The notes under the pieces: generated by a model
The model's database searches: none
The model's input: the letters and a program-made list of their open reading frames with translations, nothing else
Told to the model about the DNA's origin: nothing
Program-made: the position numbers and the translations under genes
Shown here: positions 7,951 to 17,178 of the stretch, piece by piece
Layout: every line of letters begins with the position of its first letter
How positions within the stretch are numbered: position 1 is the stretch's first letter
Origin: a virus
Lineage: Duplodnaviria; Caudoviricetes
IMG/VR virus record: IMGVR_UViG_3300020045_007880
Span: 1 to 26,827 of that record
Reading direction: 5' to 3' (one strand)
DNA length: 26,827 nt

Positions 7951-7985
7951 CAAATATATATCCGTTTTGCTTACTATTTTTCAAA
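7951..7985 (-). promoter_or_regulatory. Bacteroidota-type promoter for the early operon
   Basis: Minus strand TATATTTG (7958..7951) matches TAnnTTTG; TTTG at 7985..7982 is 23 nt upstream, slightly longer than the usual spacing. Confidence 0.55.
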
Positions 7986-8013
7986 ATACCGCTGACATTT
8001 TCACGGATACGCA

Positions 8014-8322
8014 ATGATATATTCGTTAGTTTCCATTGACATATATCAATGGAAATGGGAACAAATATCAATGCACGAACAAACATTTATTCGTTATTTA
8101 GCAAAAAAACTTATGGAAAATTTGAAAGACGACGCGGGCGAACTCAACCGCCACAACTATTTTGGCTTCCATTGCTTAAATAAAGGTTATCATTTTAAGC
8201 ATAAAAAAACGGGCGAAATTATTTCAAAGTTAGACGCCTGGTGCGAAAACAGAAAAGACGAACATTCATTAAAACAACTTTGCCTTAACGTGCATCCAAC
8301 CCTTGAACGGGTCAAAAAGTAA
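8014..8322 (+). CDS. hypothetical protein, the only plausible plus-strand gene
   Basis: 102-aa ORF filling the gap between late and early operons without overlapping minus-strand genes; start uncertain. Confidence 0.5.
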   Translation: MIYSLVSIDIYQWKWEQISMHEQTFIRYLAKKLMENLKDDAGELNRHNYFGFHCLNKGYHFKHKKTGEIISKLDAWCENRKDEHSLKQLCLNVHPTLERVKK

Positions 8323-8327
8323 ATAAT

Positions 8328-8543
8328 TTAGTCAATAAAATTTCGTAACCAACCCACTTTGGGGCAATCTTCGTGGTTGCGTTTGGCGCGGTCAATACCG
8401 GCCTTAAGTTCGTTGTCGGTGAACATTACATTTACTTCTGTTTTGTCTTCCAACTGCAAACGGGCATACTTATATGTTTTGTTTGCCAGGTTGTGACGCT
8501 TTGAATTCGTCACCGTTACGACGTCGCCAATTCTGTTTTTCAT
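8328..8543 (-). CDS. hypothetical protein
   Basis: 71-aa ORF with ATGA overlap to the upstream gene. Confidence 0.65.
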   Translation of the reverse strand: MKNRIGDVVTVTNSKRHNLANKTYKYARLQLEDKTEVNVMFTDNELKAGIDRAKRNHEDCPKVGWLRNFID

Positions 8544-9133
8544 TTTGTTTTCGTTAAATTTATATAACCTCCAACTTGTATCAATTTCAGAAAAGGGTCA
8601 TACGACGCCTTGTATGCGTTTTGCTTTTTGGTAATCAGTATAACCGACGGGGCAACTGACATTGAATTATTCAGTTTATAGCCTATTTCCGCCCCTATAT
8701 GCAACGATAATCTTTTTTTAGTATCAACCATTGTACTAATGTATACGGTCTTTACAGGTATTTTAAAATGTGCGTGCGTGGAATAGCCATTTAACTTGTT
8801 TCGGTAAACGGAATCAATTAATTCAATGCCGCCGATTGTGTCAACCTTTAAAAAACGGTTGTAAATGTTTGTTTTGTTATAATCGTTACCCATTGCCACG
8901 CATTCCCGCAATATGGCCGCCGTGTCAACGCTTTGCCAACTCCAAAAGGAATCAATCTGCGTTATTATCGTTGGTTTTGGGTAATGGTTTTCGGCATCAA
9001 CGTAAATCGTTTCGGTTCTTACAACTGTATCGTTATGGTATTGAACTTGTGGCGGTGTGCATTCACGCAAAAAGAATACATACACCAATAAAATGGCAGT
9101 TATTATGGCCTGGATATAATTAAAAATCTTCAT
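8540..9133 (-). CDS. membrane-anchored lysis-module protein, spanin candidate
   Basis: N-terminal hydrophobic helix, DTV-type low-complexity stalk, C-terminal amphipathic beta-strand pattern; directly after the endolysin candidate. Confidence 0.55.
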   Translation of the reverse strand: MKIFNYIQAIITAILLVYVFFLRECTPPQVQYHNDTVVRTETIYVDAENHYPKPTIITQIDSFWSWQSVDTAAILRECVAMGNDYNKTNIYNRFLKVDTIGGIELIDSVYRNKLNGYSTHAHFKIPVKTVYISTMVDTKKRLSLHIGAEIGYKLNNSMSVAPSVILITKKQNAYKASYDPFLKLIQVGGYINLTKTK

Positions 9134-9525
9134 TCAACCGTAATTTCAAATTCGGTTTGCTTTGAATCAGTAAGAACCTTCATAAATTGGTACAAAGTAA
9201 ATTGGCTTTGGTGTATTTCGCCCTTTTTGTCGTTAACCCCAAGTAAAATACAACCGTGCGTATGTTCGGCGGTATTCCCGCCGTGTATGCGTATGCCTTC
9301 AAACATTGGAACATTCAATAAAATTGGCAATTTTCGTTTGAAACGTTCTGACCAGGTTATTACCATTTTATAAGTACCCGCCGGTATTGCCGTTTTGCCC
9401 CAAACCTTTTCACCGTATGGCCTTACCTTGTCTTCCAACGTGTCGCAAAACTTTGCGCCGTCAATGTACATTTTGCCAATGGTGTATTCGTCGCCTTTGA
9501 AAATCCGCTGAACAAGTATTTTCAT
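9130..9525 (-). CDS. DUF5675-family protein, putative endolysin with L,D-transpeptidase-like catalytic motif
   Basis: TIG.M..DG..FC.TLE...AIPAG.Y...S.RF...LP.L..VP.F.GI.IH.GN....T.GCIL.G pattern. Confidence 0.8.
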   Translation of the reverse strand: MKILVQRIFKGDEYTIGKMYIDGAKFCDTLEDKVRPYGEKVWGKTAIPAGTYKMVITWSERFKRKLPILLNVPMFEGIRIHGGNTAEHTHGCILLGVNDKKGEIHQSQFTLYQFMKVLTDSKQTEFEITVE

Positions 9526-9815
9526 TTTTGCACGGCTTTTAAAAGTTCGTCCATTTTGGTGTTTAAAATATAATGTTCTTCACGGTTTTCTTTTCGGCCC
9601 TGTTCGATATTATAAACGTTAACGTCCTTCGCGCTTTCAAGTTGCTTTGTTTTTATATCGTATTTCATATCCAACGCCTTAATTTCAACTTTTAATTCGG
9701 CCGTATTTAATTGCCCTTGATATACAAACCCAATCAATGCAATTAACATTGTTGTTGCGGTTAAAATTTGCCCGAAAGTCATACCAAATTTGTGTGAGTA
9801 TTGCGAAAGTACCAT
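9522..9815 (-). CDS. single-TM coiled-coil protein (holin/antiholin-like)
   Basis: One hydrophobic helix followed by a heptad-rich tail, inside the lysis module. Confidence 0.55.
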   Translation of the reverse strand: MVLSQYSHKFGMTFGQILTATTMLIALIGFVYQGQLNTAELKVEIKALDMKYDIKTKQLESAKDVNVYNIEQGRKENREEHYILNTKMDELLKAVQK

Positions 9816-9823
9816 TGTAGTAA

Positions 9824-10069
9824 TTATTTAAGTTCCTGTATATCTTTTTTGCTTGTTGCAAATTGTAAAATCGTAATCATAAAAGGTATTGTAATTAAAG
9901 CATTGACAAATATTTTGTGCAATACAGGCATATCAATGCCATACTGTGACATTACGCCCAACGCGCCCGAAATAGGCACAAGTAAAACGCCCAAAAATAT
10001 CTGAATTTTCTGCAACGCCTTCGGGGTTGCACTCCAAAACCTTAACCAATAAATTTTTATCGTTGCCAT
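9824..10069 (-). CDS. putative holin
   Basis: 81 aa, two hydrophobic segments, RFWSATPK N-terminus, charged C-terminus, upstream of the endolysin candidate. Confidence 0.65.
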   Translation of the reverse strand: MATIKIYWLRFWSATPKALQKIQIFLGVLLVPISGALGVMSQYGIDMPVLHKIFVNALITIPFMITILQFATSKKDIQELK

Positions 10070-10071
10070 AA

Positions 10072-11385
10072 TTATGCCGTTACATTATTAGTTACAGGGA
10101 AATCGGTTACGCCTTCAAGTGTTCCGCCATCTGTTGATTTTATATTGCCTTCAATAATGGTAATGGTAATAACATCGGTACTTAAAATAGTTTCTGTTAC
10201 AAAATACCACATACCAAAATCTGGCGCAGGTAACAGTTCAACACTATCAACTGTTGCATAACTCCCGTTTATTTTTATTGTTACATCACCAATGTGGTCG
10301 TTCCATATTGTACCATCAATTTCCTTTGTAGTAAATATTTTAACGTAAAATAGTCCATCTATTTCGCCTGTTTCCGCACTGACTAACTGTGGATTGGTAG
10401 GTGCTTCGTCACTATAATTAACTGTTACTGTGTTGTCCGACTTTAGCTGAACTATTGAAGCGTGTAATTCAAGTGCGTGTTTAATCGTTATGGTTATTGT
10501 ATTCCCTGTTATGTTATTAAATGCGCTTGCTTCTTCAGCGGATTCCCCAAACATATCACAGGAAGGAATTGTAAGTGTTGTTAATGCAATACAACCACTG
10601 AAATTAGAGCCATAACCACCAAATGACGTTACTAATGTGAATATGCCGGTTGTAAGAGCAGCGCAATTCTTAAATGTAATTGCACCAGTAGTTAACAACC
10701 CATCCATTCTTACGCTTACCAATCCCGTGCAAGATTGTTCTATTTCTTCTTCTGTATTATTGTCATAATAGTAATAATAGAATGGACTGCTTTCTTGATA
10801 ATATTCAGCAACATCTATTTCCTCGTATTGTAATTCAACAATACTGCCAAGTGTATCACTAATTTCTAATAGTGAAGCAAACTGTGCTACGCTACTAAAC
10901 AACCCTGCCTTTAAAACAATATCAGCACCGCCAAATAATTCAATAACACAGGGCGCAGTTCCGCTTAATGAAATATTATCAAATTCAGTTCCGTTAGTAG
11001 GTAAATCAAAAAACGTATTCCACGAAGCAACAGAAGCACTATCGCCAACCATCGCATCAGCATTATCCTTTGTGTCAAACTTTAGTGTTAATGAATATGT
11101 AACCGACGGATTAAGCAAATTCCCAATATATATTTCGTTCCACGCGTCATTTTCATAAATATGCCCGCCCGTTCCACCAAGTGCCGTAATAATATTGTTT
11201 AACGCATCAATGTTGTATGTATGCCCGCCCGTACCCCCAACCAAAACGGCAAGTTCGTTTAATGCGTCAAGGTTATATGTATGGCCTCCCGTACCCGATT
11301 TTGAAACGCATAAATAATTCAGCGCATCAATCGTATATGTATGGCTTTGGCCTGTGATTAGGTTTAAAAGTTCTATGTTATACAT
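10072..11385 (-). CDS. putative virion surface protein: N-terminal 20-aa repeats, BspA-like LRRs, C-terminal SwmB/Ig-like domain
   Basis: Start moved to ATG 11385 (MYNIELL, 8-nt overlap with upstream stop). Repeats GGHTYNxDALN; LRR-like F.NC.AL / FSGC.AL; terminal AP...LVSA...D.ITIT....TDGG....FPVTNN. Confidence 0.65.
   Translation of the reverse strand: MYNIELLNLITGQSHTYTIDALNYLCVSKSGTGGHTYNLDALNELAVLVGGTGGHTYNIDALNNIITALGGTGGHIYENDAWNEIYIGNLLNPSVTYSLTLKFDTKDNADAMVGDSASVASWNTFFDLPTNGTEFDNISLSGTAPCVIELFGGADIVLKAGLFSSVAQFASLLEISDTLGSIVELQYEEIDVAEYYQESSPFYYYYYDNNTEEEIEQSCTGLVSVRMDGLLTTGAITFKNCAALTTGIFTLVTSFGGYGSNFSGCIALTTLTIPSCDMFGESAEEASAFNNITGNTITITIKHALELHASIVQLKSDNTVTVNYSDEAPTNPQLVSAETGEIDGLFYVKIFTTKEIDGTIWNDHIGDVTIKINGSYATVDSVELLPAPDFGMWYFVTETILSTDVITITIIEGNIKSTDGGTLEGVTDFPVTNNVTA
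11140..11385 (-). repeat. 60-bp degenerate coding tandem repeat, about 4 copies
   Basis: ATGCCCGCCCGT / ATGCCCGCCCGT / ATGGCCTCCCGT / ATGGCTTTGG at 11161, 11221, 11281, 11341. Confidence 0.85.
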
Positions 11386-11800
11386 TTGGCAAAAAGTTTT
11401 TGAGTATTTGGTAATACGGGTACTCAATTTCCATTGTTTCCAACTTTTCGGGGTTAAGATAATACGGCGTAAATTCGTTTTCTTCCTCCAAAAACTGCCG
11501 GTATTCTTCCATCAGTTCTTCGTGCCTTTTCTTTTCCCCAATTTGTTCAATTGCTTCAACAATCGAACATTCCTTACCCCCTTTTTCGGTTGTTTCCTTC
11601 GCAAATTTAACTGCCTTTTGTTCAATTTCTAACAATTCGGCATTAATATTTTTGCCAATGGCTTTGACTGCCTCAATTAATTTTGTTTCGTTGCGGTCAA
11701 GGCCGTAGTTTAAATGGTAATTCGCAACCTTTTTTTCAACCAGGTAACGCAGTAAAATGTTTAATTCTTGATACAACTGTTTAACTTCTAAATGTTTCAT
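11378..11800 (-). CDS. hypothetical acidic helical protein (possible fibre chaperone)
   Basis: Start moved to ATG 11800 (MKHLEVKQ), 10 nt after the fibre stop. Confidence 0.65.
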   Translation of the reverse strand: MKHLEVKQLYQELNILLRYLVEKKVANYHLNYGLDRNETKLIEAVKAIGKNINAELLEIEQKAVKFAKETTEKGGKECSIVEAIEQIGEKKRHEELMEEYRQFLEEENEFTPYYLNPEKLETMEIEYPYYQILKNFLPNV

Positions 11801-11810
11801 ATGTCTGTTT

Positions 11811-14800
11811 TTATGCTTCAGTAAAATATTTAAACCAATAATCTTGATTGTTAACACGTATGCGTATGCAACCGACATAACTAAAATCAACCTCTGACTG
11901 TGTCGAAATGCTTTTTGTTTGGTCGGCCGCACTTGTACCGTAGTATTCAATAAACGGCATATCTGCGTCGCCTTGTTCAATGTGTATAACCTCGCGTGCG
12001 CACGCGTCCGGTGCAACGAATGTACCAAATACCGTTGATAATTCGCCTAAACTTGACAGCGACATTTTTTCCTGTACTGCACCCGAATTTATTAAACTCC
12101 AGGTGAATTTTGAAATTTCACCGCTTCCCGTTACCGTTGTCAAAACGCAATCCATTATGCCCGCGTTTACAAACCCGCCCGAACCGTTTTCAATCCACCA
12201 ATCAATTTTCGCACCAATTCCCGCCGCCGCCGTTCCGCTTGTTTGCCTACTAAACTGCAACATTGTCATACTTGAATTAGTGTTTGAACTGAACGCCTCT
12301 ACAATTACCGCAAGGCCCGTATCTGTTCTAAAATGCCCCGCCGTTCCACTAACCGACGCCGAATAAAGTGACGTTGCCTGGTCGTTGGTTGACGCTACAA
12401 TTGCATACCCTGTGCCGGTTGCGTTTGCTCTAAAATAACCGGCATAACCTCCGCTCCCTTGTGCATATGATTCAAATGTTAATGCCGTTGAGCCATTACA
12501 ATTTAGTTTAAGACGGTCGCCCGCCGTTGTCGTTTCAATTAGCGTACCTGTACGTTTAAAATAACTGTTTGCACTTGCTTGCCACGTTGCGTTTCCGCTT
12601 GAATCGGCGGTTAAAACATAACCCGCCGTTGTACTTGTTTCAACTTGTAATGTTGATACTTTTAATTTGCCGTCCGCATCAATTGAAACAACGCCGCCTT
12701 TGCCGAATGTAGTTACACCGGCTTCGTTACCCGTCCAAATGTTGTAATAAAGTGATGCGTCAACGTCGTTATACTCTGCTAAAAATGTTTTAGACGTAAA
12801 CGCCAACGTCCCCTTGTAGTTTAAACCGCTTGCAGTATTTTGCCACGTTATTAACGCCCCGTCATTTAATGTGCCACCGGATAACGGCAAATATAATCCG
12901 TCGTGGTCACCCCAACCATATGCCGTATTCCAATTGGTCGAATTATCGGTAACAATGCTATAAACGCCCGAACTTGCACCGCGACGCATCAACCCTTCGC
13001 TTGTAAAATCACCGTCAACAACAACGTCGGTGTGTGAAATTTGCGACGTTAAATATGTATTGGTATCCAACGCCCAAGTGTTAATGCCTGTTTTCGTAAG
13101 GAATCCACTTGTTCCGCTTAATACTTCAATTGCGTTAAGGTCTGCGCCAATCGTAAGTTCCTGTGCCGTTGCACCTGTACCAAGTGATAAGGACGACGCC
13201 GAACCAGACGCAATTGTTAACGGATTATGAACTGAAATAACACCACTTGCAATGCTTACATTTGAACCTATTTTAACACCGCCGAGAACGGTATCTGTTG
13301 CGGTTGGTAATGTGTACCCCGCCGCGCCTGGTCTTTTCTGCCAAATTGTGCCGTTATAGGCAACATCATCACCGGCCGAAAAAGTAATATTTCCCGCCCC
13401 GAAATTAACCGTACCTCCCACAACGCACCTATACCACCAACCGGCCGTTCCTGTTCCGTCTGCCAATGTCGGCGTATTTGTTGACGCATCCCAAGTACCC
13501 TTATAAACATCTGTTGATGACACGGCCGTCCATTGTGCCGTTCCGTCAACATTCGTACACGAAAGATAATAGCCTACTGTTGCGCCTGTCGTTATCTTTA
13601 CTGAACCAATTGTAATGCCGTTGGTTGTTGTTGCGCCCCTGTCGGTGACTGAATCAAGTGTATCGGCTTCTGTGGTTAAAAATGTTGACTTGTTTATTAT
13701 GTCAATATTTCCGTTGGCATCTGAAACAAGTAAATAAGCATATCCTGTTTGTTCGGTGAGTGTGCGGATACGGAGTGCGCCGTTAATGTCGAGCGTTCTA
13801 GTTTGCTCTTCTGTCAATAATCCAATATACCCACTATTAACGTCAACCGATATTCCTAACCCTGAATCATATCCTCCAAATTTAAAGAAGTCGCCTTTTG
13901 TGCCTGCTATTAAATCGTTATTTTTATAAGATACGATACCCTCCTCCTCATTACCCATTTTATTATACCCTATATAAGTCCCTGCGGCTACCGAATCACC
14001 AAAAAGACCATTACCAACAACATCAAAATAAGCCCAAAAAGAACCATTTTTACCTACACCGATATTGCTACCATTATCAAATATTTGACTATTTGTTAAA
14101 CCCCTGCCTGTTGCGGTTATTTTAGGTAAATAGTTTTCAGTACCCGAACCCGTTATTAACGCACCATATTCGGCCGCCGTCAAATGGTAAAATTGGTCTG
14201 ACGTACCGCCTTGAATTCCTGTTAATGTATTATGGTTCGTACTTACAACTTGCGTTGTATTCGTTACGTTTGTGTTTATACGCTTAACCCTGTTTAAAAC
14301 ACATTTACCTTTGCTATTGTACGACGCCAACGTTGTCCATGTAAATTGATAAACGGCAATGCCTTCAGCGACGGGCAACCCCGCCAAATCAAACGTGCCG
14401 AAATCTTCAAGGTATGCCGCTGCGGCATTTGCAAATGCAGATTGACCCGAAATAATCATAAACCGTTGGTCGCCAATCGCATTACTTAAAAACAAATATG
14501 TATTATATGCCTTGCCGGTTGCGCCTTCGGTCATTGTACCGGCGTTGTTGTATTGGATATACCCCGACGCCGTGTATCTGAACGGCATTGGGTTCGTTTC
14601 CCAAACCCAAACGCCCGTATCTTTATAAACTTGCCAATATGCGTTCGCATTTCCGTTCGGTTGTAAAAGTTCGGCCAACGTTAATACAATGTCTTCATCA
14701 TTTATCATTGCCGTGCTTAACGCAACCGTTTTGTTTGCGTCAACATCGGAGTTTAACGTATATCCGGACGGCAACGCGCCAGAAATCCATTTTGTGCCTT

Positions 14801-15407
14801 CGTTATAATGTTCCATAAAGTGCGTACGGCGGTCAATCAAAACCGTATGCCTTTCTTCGGATAAAATATATTTCGGCGTCAATGCGTCGTTAAATGCCAC
14901 AATGGCAACCGGTACTTTAGTGTCCAATAACGTCCAACCCGAATTGCTTACGGATAACGTGCCGTCAGTTGCATCAATGTAAATGTAATAACGGCCCGCG
15001 GGCGGTGTGCCGGTTGGCGTTAAACGTATAGTTTTATTACCCGATATTTCATATTTTAACCCTATCCGATAATAAAACCAATTCGTTGACGTCAGCGTAA
15101 AAACAAACGTTGCGGGGTCAAATGATATGGCCGTTTCTGTTTGGTTTAAAAATCCGTAACGGTTAATATCTTGTTGAAATTCGGTATCCTGTGGTATGTC
15201 AATTAATTCGGGGTTGCCGGTAATGGCATTTGTATGCAACCATTTGTTCCGGTAACTTATGGCAACGGGTGCGTGGTCTAAAACGCTTGTAATATCGTGC
15301 AACCGCGAGTGCGAAGACGCCACCGAACTGCCAACGCCAGGCGTTAACTTCGGCGTTTCACCTTTTTTATATACCGGCGCATCAATGGTTATATTCGTTC
15401 TATCCAT
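11811..15407 (-). CDS. long tail fibre / receptor-binding protein (1198 aa)
   Basis: Position after hub; G/T/S-rich; fibre-type motifs TLDSVTDRGATTT, YKGTWDASTNTPTL, YTLPTAT..VLGGVKIG, NWNTAYGWGDH, GYVLTADSSGNATW. Confidence 0.75.
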   Translation of the reverse strand: MDRTNITIDAPVYKKGETPKLTPGVGSSVASSHSRLHDITSVLDHAPVAISYRNKWLHTNAITGNPELIDIPQDTEFQQDINRYGFLNQTETAISFDPATFVFTLTSTNWFYYRIGLKYEISGNKTIRLTPTGTPPAGRYYIYIDATDGTLSVSNSGWTLLDTKVPVAIVAFNDALTPKYILSEERHTVLIDRRTHFMEHYNEGTKWISGALPSGYTLNSDVDANKTVALSTAMINDEDIVLTLAELLQPNGNANAYWQVYKDTGVWVWETNPMPFRYTASGYIQYNNAGTMTEGATGKAYNTYLFLSNAIGDQRFMIISGQSAFANAAAAYLEDFGTFDLAGLPVAEGIAVYQFTWTTLASYNSKGKCVLNRVKRINTNVTNTTQVVSTNHNTLTGIQGGTSDQFYHLTAAEYGALITGSGTENYLPKITATGRGLTNSQIFDNGSNIGVGKNGSFWAYFDVVGNGLFGDSVAAGTYIGYNKMGNEEEGIVSYKNNDLIAGTKGDFFKFGGYDSGLGISVDVNSGYIGLLTEEQTRTLDINGALRIRTLTEQTGYAYLLVSDANGNIDIINKSTFLTTEADTLDSVTDRGATTTNGITIGSVKITTGATVGYYLSCTNVDGTAQWTAVSSTDVYKGTWDASTNTPTLADGTGTAGWWYRCVVGGTVNFGAGNITFSAGDDVAYNGTIWQKRPGAAGYTLPTATDTVLGGVKIGSNVSIASGVISVHNPLTIASGSASSLSLGTGATAQELTIGADLNAIEVLSGTSGFLTKTGINTWALDTNTYLTSQISHTDVVVDGDFTSEGLMRRGASSGVYSIVTDNSTNWNTAYGWGDHDGLYLPLSGGTLNDGALITWQNTASGLNYKGTLAFTSKTFLAEYNDVDASLYYNIWTGNEAGVTTFGKGGVVSIDADGKLKVSTLQVETSTTAGYVLTADSSGNATWQASANSYFKRTGTLIETTTAGDRLKLNCNGSTALTFESYAQGSGGYAGYFRANATGTGYAIVASTNDQATSLYSASVSGTAGHFRTDTGLAVIVEAFSSNTNSSMTMLQFSRQTSGTAAAGIGAKIDWWIENGSGGFVNAGIMDCVLTTVTGSGEISKFTWSLINSGAVQEKMSLSSLGELSTVFGTFVAPDACAREVIHIEQGDADMPFIEYYGTSAADQTKSISTQSEVDFSYVGCIRIRVNNQDYWFKYFTEA

Positions 15408-17176
15408 TATTCATAGTTTAAAGCAATTGCCGAAAAATAGAATTCGTTTTTATTGGCTGACCAATTTATTTGAGTAAAAACGTAATATTGTGCGTTGTAA
15501 ACAAAACCCTTTTGAATGTTCGGCGTTCCGTAAAAAGTGCCGTTTATTTTTTGGGTAACAACCCGACGCAACGCCAATGTTTCGCGGCAACGCAATGAAT
15601 TTATTGCCATTCCTTCTGCGCCAATTTCCGAATAAATTACCCATTTTTCTGCCACCAACGCCGGTGAATCGTTTACCCTCAATGCCCCTTTGCACTTCGG
15701 GCGCGGGCCGTCGCCAAGTATAGTTTTGCGCAATTCCAAATCATACTTTTCCGTTTCAACAACCGTTGCCTGGTATTTATATGTCCCTTCCATTGGCGGG
15801 TCGGTTGAAACGCTTACAAAGGACGTAAAAGAATCGGCAACGCAAGTATGCGACATTGTTATTGTTCCTGGCGTCCATAATTGGTAACTTATTTCTTCAA
15901 CAAGCCTTAAAAACTCAACTTCAAATGTGATTGGTTCGCCGTCTTCGGGCGGTATTGTGTCAATCCAAAACGTTGTGAATAACTGCGTAATTTCATCCGA
16001 ATTAAAACCCCTTGAATACAATGTAATAACACTTGCCGCGTTTGTTGTCCAATAGTTTTCACCCAAAACGCCATTTAAATAATGCGTTCCGTTAGTTATT
16101 TTTATAACATATTCAACCCTTATGCGCCCCGATAATTCCAATATAGGTTCATAATCGGTTTGCAATGTACCCATTAAAGAAATTGTTTCGCCCGCCGTTG
16201 CAAGGGTCAATTCGTATGCCGTATCAAATTCAACAACCGACGGGAACAGGTTATTTTCGTAAATGCCTTCAAAGTAATCGTATTCGGCAACAACTTTTTT
16301 CATTGGCGCAACGTATGTAAATGAACCGCCTTCAAGTCGTTGCAACATTGTATCCTGTAAGCTGATTATTGCCGTACTTACAAAATCTGCATTGGAGTCG
16401 TACGTCCATTTGCGCGTCGTTGTCTGAACGAATGTATTATCCTGGATAAAAAGATAGTCGCCCCAAAACCGCACCGTTAAATTGTGCGTGGTAAGTATGT
16501 AAATCAGTATGTCATAAAGTGAACTTCCTTTATATACGCCGAATTCATCAACGGTTACGAATGCTTTTTGTTTTATTTTGGTAATCTGCATTGGGTCGGT
16601 ACTGCTATCGTACGGCATTCGTGTTTCGTACCATACGCTTGCATTACTCCATAATGCGCCGGTAACAAATGTAACCGGCATTTTGGCGAATATAATTTCA
16701 AACCATTCGTTTAAAGTTAACAACGTGTCAAGTGCGTTGACGTCGTATGTCGTATATTCGTAATCCTGGAGTTGCCCGAACCCGTCAACGGCCTGTATGT
16801 TTATAACCCCGACATTATCGGGTGCGTCGGGTTTAACTAATGCATCCAACAACGGGCGGCCCGCCCAAAATAACGTAGCCGTTTCGTCATATTCACCCGT
16901 TATTTTATATAATAATACTTCGCATCGGTTCATATCACCGTACGCAAGCAAATCAAGTAATGCCAATGAATTTGCGTCGCGGTAAATGCTAAATGCCAAT
17001 GTACTTGTTATTATTTCACGGTATGGTTCTTCTGTACCGCCTTCATAATTTAGCGTGAACCCGTCTTCGGTTGGTTTTAATGCCAAAAGGTCGCCATTTT
17101 CTTCGGTCGTATCCATAACGGCAACGCGCCACAAGTCACCGGCGAAATTCTTAAACGTATAGCCGTAATTTGGCAT
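15407..17176 (-). CDS. baseplate hub / distal tail protein
   Basis: 589-aa acidic beta-rich protein directly after the tape measure gene. Confidence 0.6.
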   Translation of the reverse strand: MPNYGYTFKNFAGDLWRVAVMDTTEENGDLLALKPTEDGFTLNYEGGTEEPYREIITSTLAFSIYRDANSLALLDLLAYGDMNRCEVLLYKITGEYDETATLFWAGRPLLDALVKPDAPDNVGVINIQAVDGFGQLQDYEYTTYDVNALDTLLTLNEWFEIIFAKMPVTFVTGALWSNASVWYETRMPYDSSTDPMQITKIKQKAFVTVDEFGVYKGSSLYDILIYILTTHNLTVRFWGDYLFIQDNTFVQTTTRKWTYDSNADFVSTAIISLQDTMLQRLEGGSFTYVAPMKKVVAEYDYFEGIYENNLFPSVVEFDTAYELTLATAGETISLMGTLQTDYEPILELSGRIRVEYVIKITNGTHYLNGVLGENYWTTNAASVITLYSRGFNSDEITQLFTTFWIDTIPPEDGEPITFEVEFLRLVEEISYQLWTPGTITMSHTCVADSFTSFVSVSTDPPMEGTYKYQATVVETEKYDLELRKTILGDGPRPKCKGALRVNDSPALVAEKWVIYSEIGAEGMAINSLRCRETLALRRVVTQKINGTFYGTPNIQKGFVYNAQYYVFTQINWSANKNEFYFSAIALNYE

Positions 17177-17178
17177 AA

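Noticed and set aside
8770-9123. Nested ORF as an o-spanin (Rz1-like)
   Set aside because: It is on the opposite strand to the lysis operon and has no signal peptide or lipobox.
11140-11385. 60-bp periodic repeats as a CRISPR array
   Set aside because: Repeats are degenerate at third codon positions, have no repeat-spacer structure and encode a protein repeat; no cas genes are present.
11801-12028. Extended N-terminus of the 216-aa ORF (and likewise the 11427 and 1662 starts)
   Set aside because: These extensions overlap upstream genes extensively; downstream ATGs at 11800, 11385 and 1614 abut the upstream stops.
10072-15407. Diversity-generating retroelement targeting the fibre or LRR protein
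   Set aside because: No reverse transcriptase in the window, and I saw no template/variable repeat pair differing at adenines; cannot be excluded outside the window.
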